Positions 52,916 to 64,000 of a DNA stretch of 64,000 nucleotides are shown here, piece after piece (position 1 is the first letter of the stretch; each line of letters opens with the position of its first letter). The notes under the pieces were generated by a model. The model saw only the letters and a program-made list of their open reading frames with translations. It was not told where the DNA came from and searched no databases. The DNA comes from Balanoglossus misakiensis (taxonomy: Eukaryota; Animalia; Hemichordata): NCBI GenBank assembly GCA_040954595.2, contig CM082577.2, positions 2,294,001 through 2,358,000 of the forward strand, written 5' to 3'. Both the position numbers and the translations under genes were made by a program.

Positions 52916-53274
52916 AAGGGGACAAATTCACTTATTTTTGACAGTTTTTCCGTTTTCGTGTTTTTATTTATTTCGATGGTCTAATTATGTTGTTCTGATC
53001 ACTAAAACGTGCTGAATGGCCAATTGTGGCAACTCCGCCCTGTATATGGATATAACATGAGAATACGTCTATATGGATATAACATGAGAATACGTCTGCA
53101 GTATAATGTCTGGTACTGACCAATCTTGGAAGTATTCCTGTGTGATGTATGTGTTATGAATTGAGTCGTGACAATGTCATTGACATCTTTCAGTGAGTGG
53201 AGCAACCTTATTTAAAGGCTTGCCTACCAAAAGAAAAGAAAATACTGTCAAAAGTTAGCGACTTTGTCCCTTAA
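52916..53274. mobile_element. Kolobok-like non-autonomous DNA transposon
   Basis: Imperfect TIRs AAGGGGACAAATTCACTTATTTTTGACAGT and ACTGTCAAAAGTTAGCGACTTTGTCCC, with TTAA at the right end. There is an internal 27-bp tandem duplication (~53043-53097). A similar end, TTAAAGGGACAAAGTC, occurs at ~41433. Confidence 0.6.
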
Positions 53275-56200
53275 GCTGTAACAGCGCAGATGTACATTTG
53301 GCGATGCAAGTCAACCCCCCGTCGCGCTCCCCCCCCAAAAAAAACCCCATGAAATCACTTTTTTCGACAGTGCGTAAATTCCGCTGGTCCAGCCACGCAG
53401 AGCTAGGATGGTAAATGATTTATGTTGTTTTAGTGCTTCCTCCGTGTTAACCCACGAGATTCCATTCTGTAGGCGAGCTAACTCGTCAAGAATTGTTTTA
53501 TGTCCACGGAAAAGTGAAAGCACATATTTGCAGGATGACTGCTTGTCTCTCAATGAAGGGTAACTCTATATTAATGATTTTAATGATTTCTCGACTTTTG
53601 TAATTTACAAGCAGGAGCGACAGCCAACCACAGTCATCATCATTATCGTCATCGTCGTAATTGGTGTTTTCATTTTCGCACGTGTGCTATTACATGACAA
53701 GTGGCAACCAATCGCTTTCCCAAAAGACATCAAATTTTGCAAAATATTTTTAAATTAGGTCATATTGCCGACTGACAGCAAGTCACAATAGGCCAGATAA
53801 AAAAAGTCCATCGTCGAGGTCATACGAAAAGCAACCAAGGAATGGGTATAGATGGAGTGGATACCGCGAACACATCGAAACTCGGTAAAAAACACATATT
53901 TGACATTCGAGGTTATCCTAATAAGATTAACCTTCTTGATCGACCGTCAGCTACATTCCTGGGTTCAAAAGTGCCGATTAGTACATCGCGCGGGGGGGGG
54001 GGGGAGGGGGGTTATAAGATGGGTGACCGTTTAGATACACTGAAGACCATTTGACATTTGTGGTTTATCTTAGACTATTAAAATTATGATCTGAATAAAC
54101 CGTGACCTTCACTGACTGGGCGTGGCATCTACTTGGGGAAATTGCCGAGGATGACATCGGGGCGTTTTGCAGGAGGACTCTTCAAAAGGTGATTCACATA
54201 CCGAAACTAGGTTATACAGCACTTGACATCTGGGTCGATCCAAAATTACGATAAACACCAAAATGAATGGAATTTTCAAGTCTGGGGATGTACCACTGCC
54301 ATTGTGTCTACCAAAAATAGAAAACCGCCAAGTTAGTTCGCCGCCGCCGGTAATATATCTTGTGTGGTATGAGTGAGCTGCACGATTTGGTTTTCTCGTT
54401 GGTGGCATTTTTAATCAGATTTTGTTGAAGGGTCGCTACGGTTTCGCTAATAAAAATATATGACCGATTGTTCTGGTTCGCTTTCGGTCTGTCGGTATGC
54501 CCAGATGAGTAATTTCGCAGAAAAACCTTAAATAGTTGGCACGGGCCCCACGCTCGTCCCACTGTCGAGCTTTGAACCAGACTGAACCATCGGCAAAAGA
54601 CATAAAATTTGCTCTTTGCAGTAAATTTACCCAGAATTCAGTTCTAATCTGGTATGCAGCACACCTGCGAATGTTCATGTGTCCAACTTTTCCTGGAATC
54701 GTGACGTCACGATAGTGCGCATACCACGGCCTTATTTGCGCGTTTGTCATTCTCCACGCGTCGTCGCCATCGCCAATGCCATGGCAAAGCATTCGCGTTC
54801 CCGCGTTACGCCTGCACTGTCGTCGTTGCAAGACCATGCTGCCAGTCGTCCATTGCGCAAGTGAGTTGACACCGCGCCGGTCAAGTTGACATGATTGAAT
54901 ATCAGCTGATTCGCTCACACCATGGTCAAATTCCCGCGTTTTTTCTCTCTCGTCTGCCAAGTGTCAGCGTCGGCGCGGGGTTTTATGGTTCAGTTTATTT
55001 TTTCCCCAAACTGGCCTGTAAAGTCCCGCTCTGATACTGACGAACACAACAGTCGGAAGACGCTCGTTTGTGAATTCAAACTTGACTTTTTATTTAGTTT
55101 CATGCGGTTACACATATTTGTTCTTTTTGGGGATGAATTACGAAAGGTAAGTATCAAGTTCTGACCTAAGTGGGTGTTTTGGAAGCAATAATCTTTGCCG
55201 GTACCGCCTCGGACATCTTGCCCCGTGTGTGTGGGTGAACTTTGCGCTTCCTTCTCTGGTATATGCAGCGCCCGCGCCAGTCGTTGTTTTCACCCTGGGA
55301 GATCTGCAGACTAGACACTGCCCTCAGTCGACAGACACGGATATCCTCTCTTTCACTTGTCGCTCGTGGCATCCATCAGAAGACGGTCTCCTTCTCTTGG
55401 TCGTTCACTGCTTGCTTGATTTTGGGGTCTCACCGGCCACTATATGTAAACATGCTCTCATACTGGCCAGCGAAATCCCAAAGTCAGACAAGCACTTTCA
55501 TCTAAGTAAGAGAATATGTGCTTTGGACGAACCTGCCGTATTTGTTTCCATCAGATGTCACCTTTTCGTCAGAAAAAAAGCAAAAAAAGAAAGGTTTTAT
55601 TTCAAATATTAAAAATATAGTACGCCAGTGTCAATTTTTGTAGATATTTGAGGAATACATGGCACTTTTATTTTCATGGGGTAACACTCATCAGTATTCT
55701 ATGCAACATGACCACAAACATAATTGTTTTAATACAAAAGTCCAATTGGAAATCAAATAATTTCAACGACATCTTCCGAGCAACGGGGTCAGCTAATGTA
55801 TATTCCAAACGAGTAGACTCTGTCTGTCAAGTATGATGGTGTGGTACTGCACTGCGACAGAGAATTCTATAAAACCCGGTGTTTTCTTGGGAAATAGAAG
55901 AATTTAAAATAATCCATCAGCCCCATGTCAACATGAGTCTCGGTCACATAAAAGTTTCCATAATGAAAAGAACGCAGGTGTATACTATGTGGCGGGACAA
56001 ATTGAAGTGAATCATGAAAAAAAACAATGTTTCTTTCCTTGTCGAATTCTGTAGAAAAAAATAGAAAGAAAATCAATATCTATTTTTAGAGCTGAAGAAG
56101 AGGGACAGACATATGTAATAATTCTTTATTTCGAGAACAAGCTCATATAGAAAAGATGAACAGGTAAAAACAGTCATACTGTATATTAAAAATACAAACA

Positions 56201-56944
56201 AAGAACAGAAACCTATATGAGTGTCCAATACCTGTTTCTGCCAATGTTTAAAGACAGTCATCGCTAATTCAGTTACATATGCCCATATATGGTTAAAGGG
56301 GCGTATGCAATGCACCTATTGTTTCCCTTTGTTTTCCAAGAAACAGTTCTGTGCACACAGACAAAAGAGCTATTGTTTATTTCTAATGAAGTGTCCACGT
56401 CCAAGAATGTGGGTCTTTAAAGGGTGTCTTGGTCTTCTTGTGATCGTGTGGCTGCAGCGTGTTTTTTCTTTTCGCTTGACCACCCGAACAATCTATGATT
56501 GGCTAGATCGCCACCACATGGTAACTGTGGTTAAATATGCATGACCGAAAATGTTTAACTCAAACGACAAAAGAACACAAATTCGGGGTTTCTGTTGATT
56601 GGATTCACTTTCAGGTGAATTCGAATACTGATTAAAAATTAGACATTTCCGAATAAAACAATCGTGACTATTAAGATAACGGTTTTGATATGATAAGGCT
56701 GGTACAAAAATAGCGATGATATGACGTGAAAAAATCAATAGCGTCGCCCACACAAGTGGACTTTGGTAATTTCTTCACATTTTTGACATACACGGGAGCG
56801 GCTGACGCGAAATTTCTGCGGAGTATGTGAAAAGAAAATAAAGTTTTCGAGATGTGCGTTTATTTGAGTGAAGTATGTGCTATAAATAACAATGAACAAT
56901 GCCGGTGTTTGGCTCTCGGACAGAACCGAAAGTCGCGTTTACCG

Positions 56945-57064
56945 ATTCCGATTGGTTCTTCCACCACACGTGACCACCTGGGTCAGGGCGATATAAATCC
57001 GTTTTGAGAAGAGAACAATTCATTGTGTCGGCAACAGGACATTGCGATACCGGGTGCTGTAAGT
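56945..57064 (+). promoter_or_regulatory. Core Pol II promoter with a short first exon; downstream gene not identified
   Basis: Contains ATTGG (56951), CACGTG (56967), TATAAA (56992) and Inr-like TCATT with its A 30 nt after the TATA, followed by donor GTAAGT at 57059. Confidence 0.5.
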
Positions 57065-59184
57065 ATGTGGTCGTGTCCTTCGGTCTCGTGAAGGTCGAAG
57101 ATTTTTTGGCGGACTTAGCTGGCCAGTCTGATTAACAACCAGATTTTTTTTGTTGCGATTGTGGTCCAGGTGTACACAAGACAGGTGAAGTTCACGGTTC
57201 GAGATGTGACCCCGCTGTAGACAATACTGTATTGTGGTGGTGGTGGTGGTGGTGTGCGTCGACCCGGTGACCCGGTGTGGGCCTTTTAAACGATATTCCG
57301 TGAGCGTGGGGACGGTGTTGCGCCGTCGTCGAGAAGTCGGTGAGTCGCAGAAAAGTATTTGTGGACTTGGGGTTTTATAGAGCGCATTATGAAGCACTGA
57401 AATCGTAATGCCCTATGAAATCCTAAATGCACAAAAAGCATTGTCATCAAGCCGACGTGGAATCTCGTGCCACCTGGTGGTAAGTATTTGGTGCAGGGCG
57501 GGTGTAGGCGGCAGGACTTTGATAACGGTAAATACCGTCACGTAGTACATGTACCCCTACTTCAATGAAAATGCCATAATTTTACAGTAGCACACTACAA
57601 TTAATTCTCTCTCTCTCTTTTCAGTGGGTCTGCTCATGATTTCTTTCCGTTTGAAAAACATGCGCGTAAAATTGCTGAAATATTACTTTCATTATGAAAA
57701 CCTGCAGTCACCTCTATGTATAGTCTCTGATTCATCCTGTGGTATTTTTGGAAAATGAAACCAGAAAAATCCCCACTTTTAGTGTAGGATCGGTACGGTT
57801 TGACCATGGAGATTAATTCAAATGCTCAAAAATCACCCACTTTTTAGATAAATAGTACACGCTAACTCTCAAAGAAATGTTTTTGTTTTGCAGTAAGTGT
57901 ACCCGGAAATACTTTACCGACCGAGTGAATATTCGGTTTGTATGAAACTCTAATTGTTATTTCTGAATTTTAGAAGAGCACTTTCATCATTTAGATGTGA
58001 TATTAAACTCAAAAACCGAGGTATTTGACGTTTCTGGCCCGGTTTGTTATATAACGCCTGCGACTTTCGTTTTCGATGTACATGTACATGGGTGGTGCAC
58101 CTTTTCACAGCTGCCGTTGGGGGCGTACTTGCTGACATGTTTATACGGTTCTCCGACACAGTCGCGAGTGGGAGAGTCCGCCCACAATTGTCCTGTATGT
58201 AAATACTGACTTTTGGTTCCTCTTCGACCTTGAGATTTGTGGGTAGGATAATAACATGTTGACACAGGCAAATAATTGTCGTCAGAATTGAATTTAGCCC
58301 GTTTCTAATCTTGACAAGCTTTTTTGGACATTTCCTGCTCCGGACCGGACCGCCCCTACTTCTGGCTGACCGTCCACAAGGCCGATGTGTGGAACCATAG
58401 ACGCCTATGACCATAGACCACAGACGCCTATTTCTGATACGATCCGTCCCTGTGCCATGTCACGGCACTCCCCCCCCCCCACCCGATATTTGCCTGACCA
58501 CCCAGCCCACCTTCTCCTTGGAGAACATGAATCAAAATAAAGACGCTGAAAATATTGTTTGTTTTTGTATCTTGAGAACCCTGACCTTCATTACTTCGAT
58601 AAGGTTGTATTACTCGCAACAAATTAACTACAAATCGTATCTTATCAACAATAAAGCGAATATCAATAATATAATCGATACTTCACGTGTTAAGGTGATG
58701 TAACCGTTTAATATACTAGTAATTAAATCATCAAATCAATAAATTTTGATAGCGCCATCAATCATCCCAGAATTCACCTCCTAAACAATTTCAGGCGTTT
58801 TGTTTTGTTTTGTTGTCGGTTGCCTAAGCACAAGCCAGTTGTCTTTCCGTTATTACATGATGAGTTTTAGTTGCAAATGTTCCCCCTTTATATTCCACAT
58901 CACGCGCAGTGTTTGGGCCAAATCACCCCACCCCTACATATGATGTAATCCTAAATGTCACCCGCATTCCACACGCGCGGCGCTACAGACTCGAATGAAT
59001 ATTTTAACCTGATTATTTCCGGCGTTTCTATTCATGCTAAACATGCTGAATGGCATTGCAATTAAAGAAAACACTTCCCAATAGCAGATTCTAAGCATTA
59101 TTTCACTCCACCCACCTCACTTCGCGATTCCCACGATTTCTAGGAACCGGCCACACATCAAAAGCACGATTCCTTCACACAACG

Positions 59185-59389
59185 TGCGTGCGCGCACGCA
59201 GCGCACTTCCGACCAATCAGCGGACTGTGTCATTATGCAGAAGTGTGAGTCTACATTTCATATCGATCTCACTCACTCAGTTGAGATCACCAGTTCCTTG
59301 TGGCTGCCTATGACTATGTTACAACTATTATGCAAGGTTGCATCAGCACCGGGGAGTTTATATGGACTTTCTATACTGACAAGGTAGGT
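59185..59389 (+). promoter_or_regulatory. TATA-less promoter and possible first exon
   Basis: Contains a GC-rich GCGCGCACGC, ETS-like CACTTCCG, GACCAATCAG, Inr TCAGTT (59277), an ATG at 59310 and donor AAG|GTAGGT at 59383. Confidence 0.38.
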
Positions 59390-60128
59390 CCGCGTTTCCA
59401 TCACTTTCACAAAAATCCCCTTCCATTACATTTTCGTGTAATAGGAGGACATTTCAGTGGTTAAAAAATTCGGGGTGTTTTCCACTGAACTTTCCCTTCT
59501 GTAGGTATTGGTAGCCTATATCGAAAAAAATACACCGGGAACCTGAATTTGTTCAAGTTCGTGCTCGCTATCAAATATAGTTCCCACATTGCAAATAATA
59601 GCAACACTGAACCCAAGAATCACACAAGACGTTTGCCCGGGAATTCGCACATCTATTTCAGGATCTTTTTACTTCACTGTCAAATGATCGTGTGGTTGGT
59701 CGGGTCTGCACGCAGATTTTTGAAGACAAATTTGGAACGACTAAGGGAAACTGATATAGACGTCACGTTTTGTTAGAAAATGCTCCCATATGATGTCATA
59801 CATAAAAACATAGCGGTTTTTTCTACGTAAAGCATGCAACCATAGAGTGACAGTTATCGATTTCCAATGTAGTACCCGTTATCGTTTCCTGGTCATCCAG
59901 TTTATAAATGAGCACTTAGCACGTACCTGGATGTGAGAGGTTTTGGTTCCGTTTCCATAATACACTGTCCGGCTTTAACGTTGTCTGAAAGCGTGAAAAA
60001 GAAAGGCACAGATAAAATGGCCGTCTTTCTCTCTTAATTTCCCTCCTATAGCCATGTTTTCCGGGTTCCCCACTCTTTCACATTTATCTGTCTCTCCCCG
60101 TCTTACATAGAAAAACGTTCCCCTGAAA

Positions 60129-63100
60129 GACTTTGCGAAATCTCAAAATTTGGTCGATTTTTGAAAAAAATCATGGGTTATAGCTCATGAAAATCATCAG
60201 AAAATGACAATTTTTCGACTTTGCGAAATCTCAAAATTTCGTCGATTTTTGAAAAAATCATGGGTTATAGCTCATGAAAATCATAAGAAAATGACAATTT
60301 TTCGACTTTGCGAATTCTCAAAATTTCGTCGATTTTTGAAATAATCATGGGTTATAGCTCATGAAAATCATCAGAAAATGACAATTTTTCGACTTTGCGA
60401 AATTTCAAAATTTCGTCGATTTTTGAAATAATCATGGGTTATAGCTCATGAAAATCATCAGAAAATGACAATTTTTCGACTTTGCGAAATTTCAAAATTT
60501 CGTCGATTTTTGAAAAAATCATGGGTTATAGCTCATGAAAATCATCAGAAAATGACAATTTTTCGACTTTGCGAAATTTCAAAATTTCGTAGATTTTTGA
60601 AATAATCATGGGTTATAGCTCATGAAAATCATCAGAAAATGACAATTTTTCGACTTTGCAAAATTTCAAAATTTCGTCGATTTTTCAAATAATCATGGGT
60701 TATAGCTCATGAAAATCATCAGAAAATGACAATTTTTCGACTTTGCAAAATTTCAAAATTTCGTCGATTTTTCAAATAATCATGGGTTATAGCTCAAGAA
60801 AATCATCAGAAAATGACAATTTTTCGACTTTGCAAAATTTCAAAATTTCGTCGATTTTTCAAATAATCATGGGTTATAGCTCATGAAAATCATCAGAAAA
60901 TGACAATTTTTCGACATTGCAAAATTTCAAAATTTCGTCGATTTTTGAAAAAATCATGGGTTATAGCTCATGAAAATCATCAGAAAATGACAATTTTTCG
61001 ACTTTGCGAAATTTCAAAATTTCGTCGTTTTTTGAAAAAAATCATGGGTTATAGCTCATGAAAATCATCAGAAAATGACAATTTTTCGACTTTGCGAAAT
61101 TTCAAAATTTCGTCGATTTTTGGAAAAATCATGGGTTATAGCTCATGAAAATCATCAGAAAATGACAATTTTTCGACTTTGCAAAATTTCAAAATTTCGT
61201 CGATTTTTCAAATAATCATGGGTTATAGCTCATGAATATCATCAGAAAATGACAATTTTTCGACTTTGCAAAATTTCAAAATTTCGTCGATTTTTCAAAT
61301 AATCATGGGTTATAGCTCATGAAAATCATCAGAAAATGACAATTTTTCGACATTGCAAAATTTCAAAATTTCGTCGATTTTTGAAAAAACATGGGTTATA
61401 GCTCATGAAAATCATCAGAAAATGACAATTTTTCGACTTTGCGAAATTTCAAAATTTCGTCGTTTTTTGAAAAAAATCATGGGTTATAGCTCATGAAAAT
61501 CATCAGAAAATGACAATTTTTCGACTTTGCGAAATTTCAAAATTTCGTCGATTTTTGAAAAAATCATGGGTTATAGCTCATGAAAATCATCAGAAAATGA
61601 CAATTTTTCGACTTTGCGAAATTTCAAAATTTCGTAGATTTTTGAAATAATCATGGGTTATAGCTCATGAAAATCATCAGAAAATGACAATTTTTCGACT
61701 TTGCAAAATTTCAAAATTTCGTCGATTTTTCAAATAATCATGGGTTATAGCTCATGAATATCATCAGAAAATCACAATTTTTCGACTTTGCAAAATTTCA
61801 AAATTTCGTCGATTTTTCAAATAATCATGGGTTATAGCTCATGAAAATCATCAGAAAATGACAATTTTTCGACATTGCAAAATTTCAAAATTTCGTCGAT
61901 TTTTGAAAAAACATGGGTTATAGCTAATGAAAATCATCAGAAAATGACAATTTTTCGACTTTGCGAAATTTCAAAATTTCGTCGTTTTTTGAAAAAAATC
62001 ATGGGTTATAGCTCATAAAAATCATCAGAAAATGACAATTTTTCGACTTTGCGAAATTTCAAAATTTCGTCGATTTTTGGAAAAATCATGGGTTATAGCT
62101 CATGAAAATCATCAGAAAATGACAATTTTTCGACTTTGCGAAATTTCAAAATTTCGTAGATTTTTGAAATAATCATGGGTTATAGCTCATGAAAATCATC
62201 AGAAAATGACAATTTTTCGACTTTGCAAAATTTCAAAATTTCGTCGATTTTTCAAATAATCATGGGTTATAGCTCATGAATATCATCAGAAAATCACAAT
62301 TTTTCGACTTTGCAAAATTTCAAAATTTCGTCGATTTTTCAAATAATCATGGGTTATAGCTCATGAAAATCATCAGAAAATGACAATTTTTCGACTTTGC
62401 GAAATTTCAAAATTTCGTCGATTTTTGAAAAAATAATGGGTTATAGCTCACGAAAATCATCAGAAAATGACAATTTTTCGACTTTGCGAAATTTCAAAAT
62501 TTCGTCGATTTTTGAAAAAATAATGGGTTATAGCTCACGAAAATCATCAGAAAATGACAATTTTTCGACTCTGCGAAATTTCAAAATTTCGTCGATTTTT
62601 GAAAAAATCATGGGTTATAGCTCATGAAAATCATCAGAAAATGACAATTTTTCGACTTTGCAAAATTTCAAAATTTCGTCGATTTTTGAAAAAATCATGG
62701 GTTATAGCTCATGAAAATCATCAGAAAATGACAATTTTACGACTTTGCGAAATTTCAAAATTTCGTCGATTTTTGAAAAAATCATGGGTTATAGCTCATG
62801 AAAATCATCAGAAAATGACAATTTTTCGACTTTGCGAAATTTCAAAATTTCGTCGATTTTTGAAAAAATCATGGGTTATAGCTCATGAAAGTCGTCAGAA
62901 AATGACAATTTTTCGACTTTGCGAAATTTCAAAATTTCGTCGATTTTTGAAAAAATCATGGGTTATAGCTCATGAAAATCATCAGAAAATGACAATTTTT
63001 CGACTCTGCGAAATTTCAAAATTTCGTCGATTTTTGAAAAAATCATGGGTTATAGCTCATGAAAATCATCAGAAAATGACAATTTTTCGACTTTGCGAAA

Positions 63101-64000
63101 TTTCAAAATTTCGTCGATTTTTCAAATAATCATGGGTTATAGCTCATGAAAATCATCAGAAAATGACAATTTTTCGACATTGCAAAATTTCAAAATTTCG
63201 TCGATTTTTGAAAAAACATGGGTTATAGCTCATGAAAATCATCAGAAAATGACAATTTTTCGACTTTGCGAAATTTCAAAATTTCGTCGTTTTTTGAAAA
63301 AAATCATGGGTTATAGCTCATAAAAATCATCAGAAAATGACAATTTTTCGACTTTGCGAAATTTCAAAATTTCGTCGATTTTTGGAAAAATCATGGGTTA
63401 TAGCTCATGAAAATCATCAGAAAATGACAATTTTTCGACTTTGCGAAATTTCAAAATTTCGTCGATTTTTGAAAAAATCATGGGTTATAGCTCATGAAAA
63501 TCATCAGAAAATGACAATTTTTCGACTTTGCAAAATTTCAAAATTTCGTCGATTTTTCAAATAATCATGGGTTATAGCTCATGAATATCATCAGAAAATC
63601 ACAATTTTTCGACTTTGCAAAATTTCAAAATTTCGTCGATTTTTCAAATAATCATGGGTTATAGCTCATGAAAATCATCAGAAAATGACAATTTTTCGAC
63701 TTTGCGAAATTTCAAAATTTCGTCGATTTTTGAAAAAATAATGGGTTATAGCTCATGAAAATCATCAGAAAATGACAATTTTTCGACTTTGCGAAATTTC
63801 AAAATTTCGTAGATTTTTGAAATAATCATGGGTTATAGCTCATGAAAATCATCAGAAAATGACAATTTTTCGACTTTGCAAAATTTCAAAATTTCGTCGA
63901 TTTTTCAAATAATCATGGGTTATAGCTCATGAATATCATCAGAAAATCACAATTTTTCGACTTTGCAAAATTTCAAAATTTCGTCGATTTTTCAAATAAT
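60129..64000. repeat. 87-bp AT-rich tandem satellite, ~44 copies, continuing past the window end
   Basis: Unit GACTTTGCGAAATTTCAAAATTTCGTCGATTTTTGAAAAAATCATGGGTTATAGCTCATGAAAATCATCAGAAAATGACAATTTTTC. The 29-aa periodicity in the ORF track confirms the 87-bp period. Confidence 0.97.

Noticed and set aside
54109-54960. 174-aa and neighbouring ORFs on the minus strand
   Set aside because: No recognisable motifs or supporting splice structure, and they overlap in several frames.
55030-55085. Hammerhead-like CTGACGA core
   Set aside because: There is no stem II followed by GAAA and no closing helices.
55410-55500. LWDFAGQ (Roc GTPase-like) and LSDFGIS (kinase-like) peptides in overlapping minus-strand frames
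   Set aside because: Both are flanked by stops, no P-loop or HRD/APE motifs were found nearby, and two motifs in different frames of the same bases suggest chance.
60129-64000. CRISPR array, or the 29-aa repeat-protein ORFs at 62397-63564
   Set aside because: The units are contiguous with no unique spacers and there are no cas genes. The ORFs arise because 87 is divisible by 3, and they are broken by indels and stops.

Overview
This is a eukaryotic (invertebrate animal-like) genomic window with short GT-AG introns. The first ~32 kb is a dense gene block whose exons I could splice by hand into intact reading frames. It holds a head-to-head pair of stand-alone vWA-domain genes, three tandem secreted lipocalin (ApoD/Blc-like) genes, a probably GPI-anchored type-B carboxylesterase, two tandem cytosolic sulfotransferases (both needing a GC-AG intron) and importin alpha (KPNA2-like). 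Intron 1 of the middle lipocalin carries a 3.2-kb Foldback/Mutator-like element. It has ~1-kb modular inverted arms and a 9-bp target duplication that copies the splice acceptor. Nested in it are a Harbinger-type MITE and a Penelope-type reverse transcriptase fragment. Positions ~33-60 kb are gene-poor, with an orphan exon, promoter-like sites and small MITEs. The last 3.9 kb is an 87-bp satellite. The leading candidate for an undescribed system is the lipocalin-esterase-sulfotransferase cluster with nuclear-receptor-type elements; a shared function is inferred, not shown. Coordinates were counted by hand and no database search was run.
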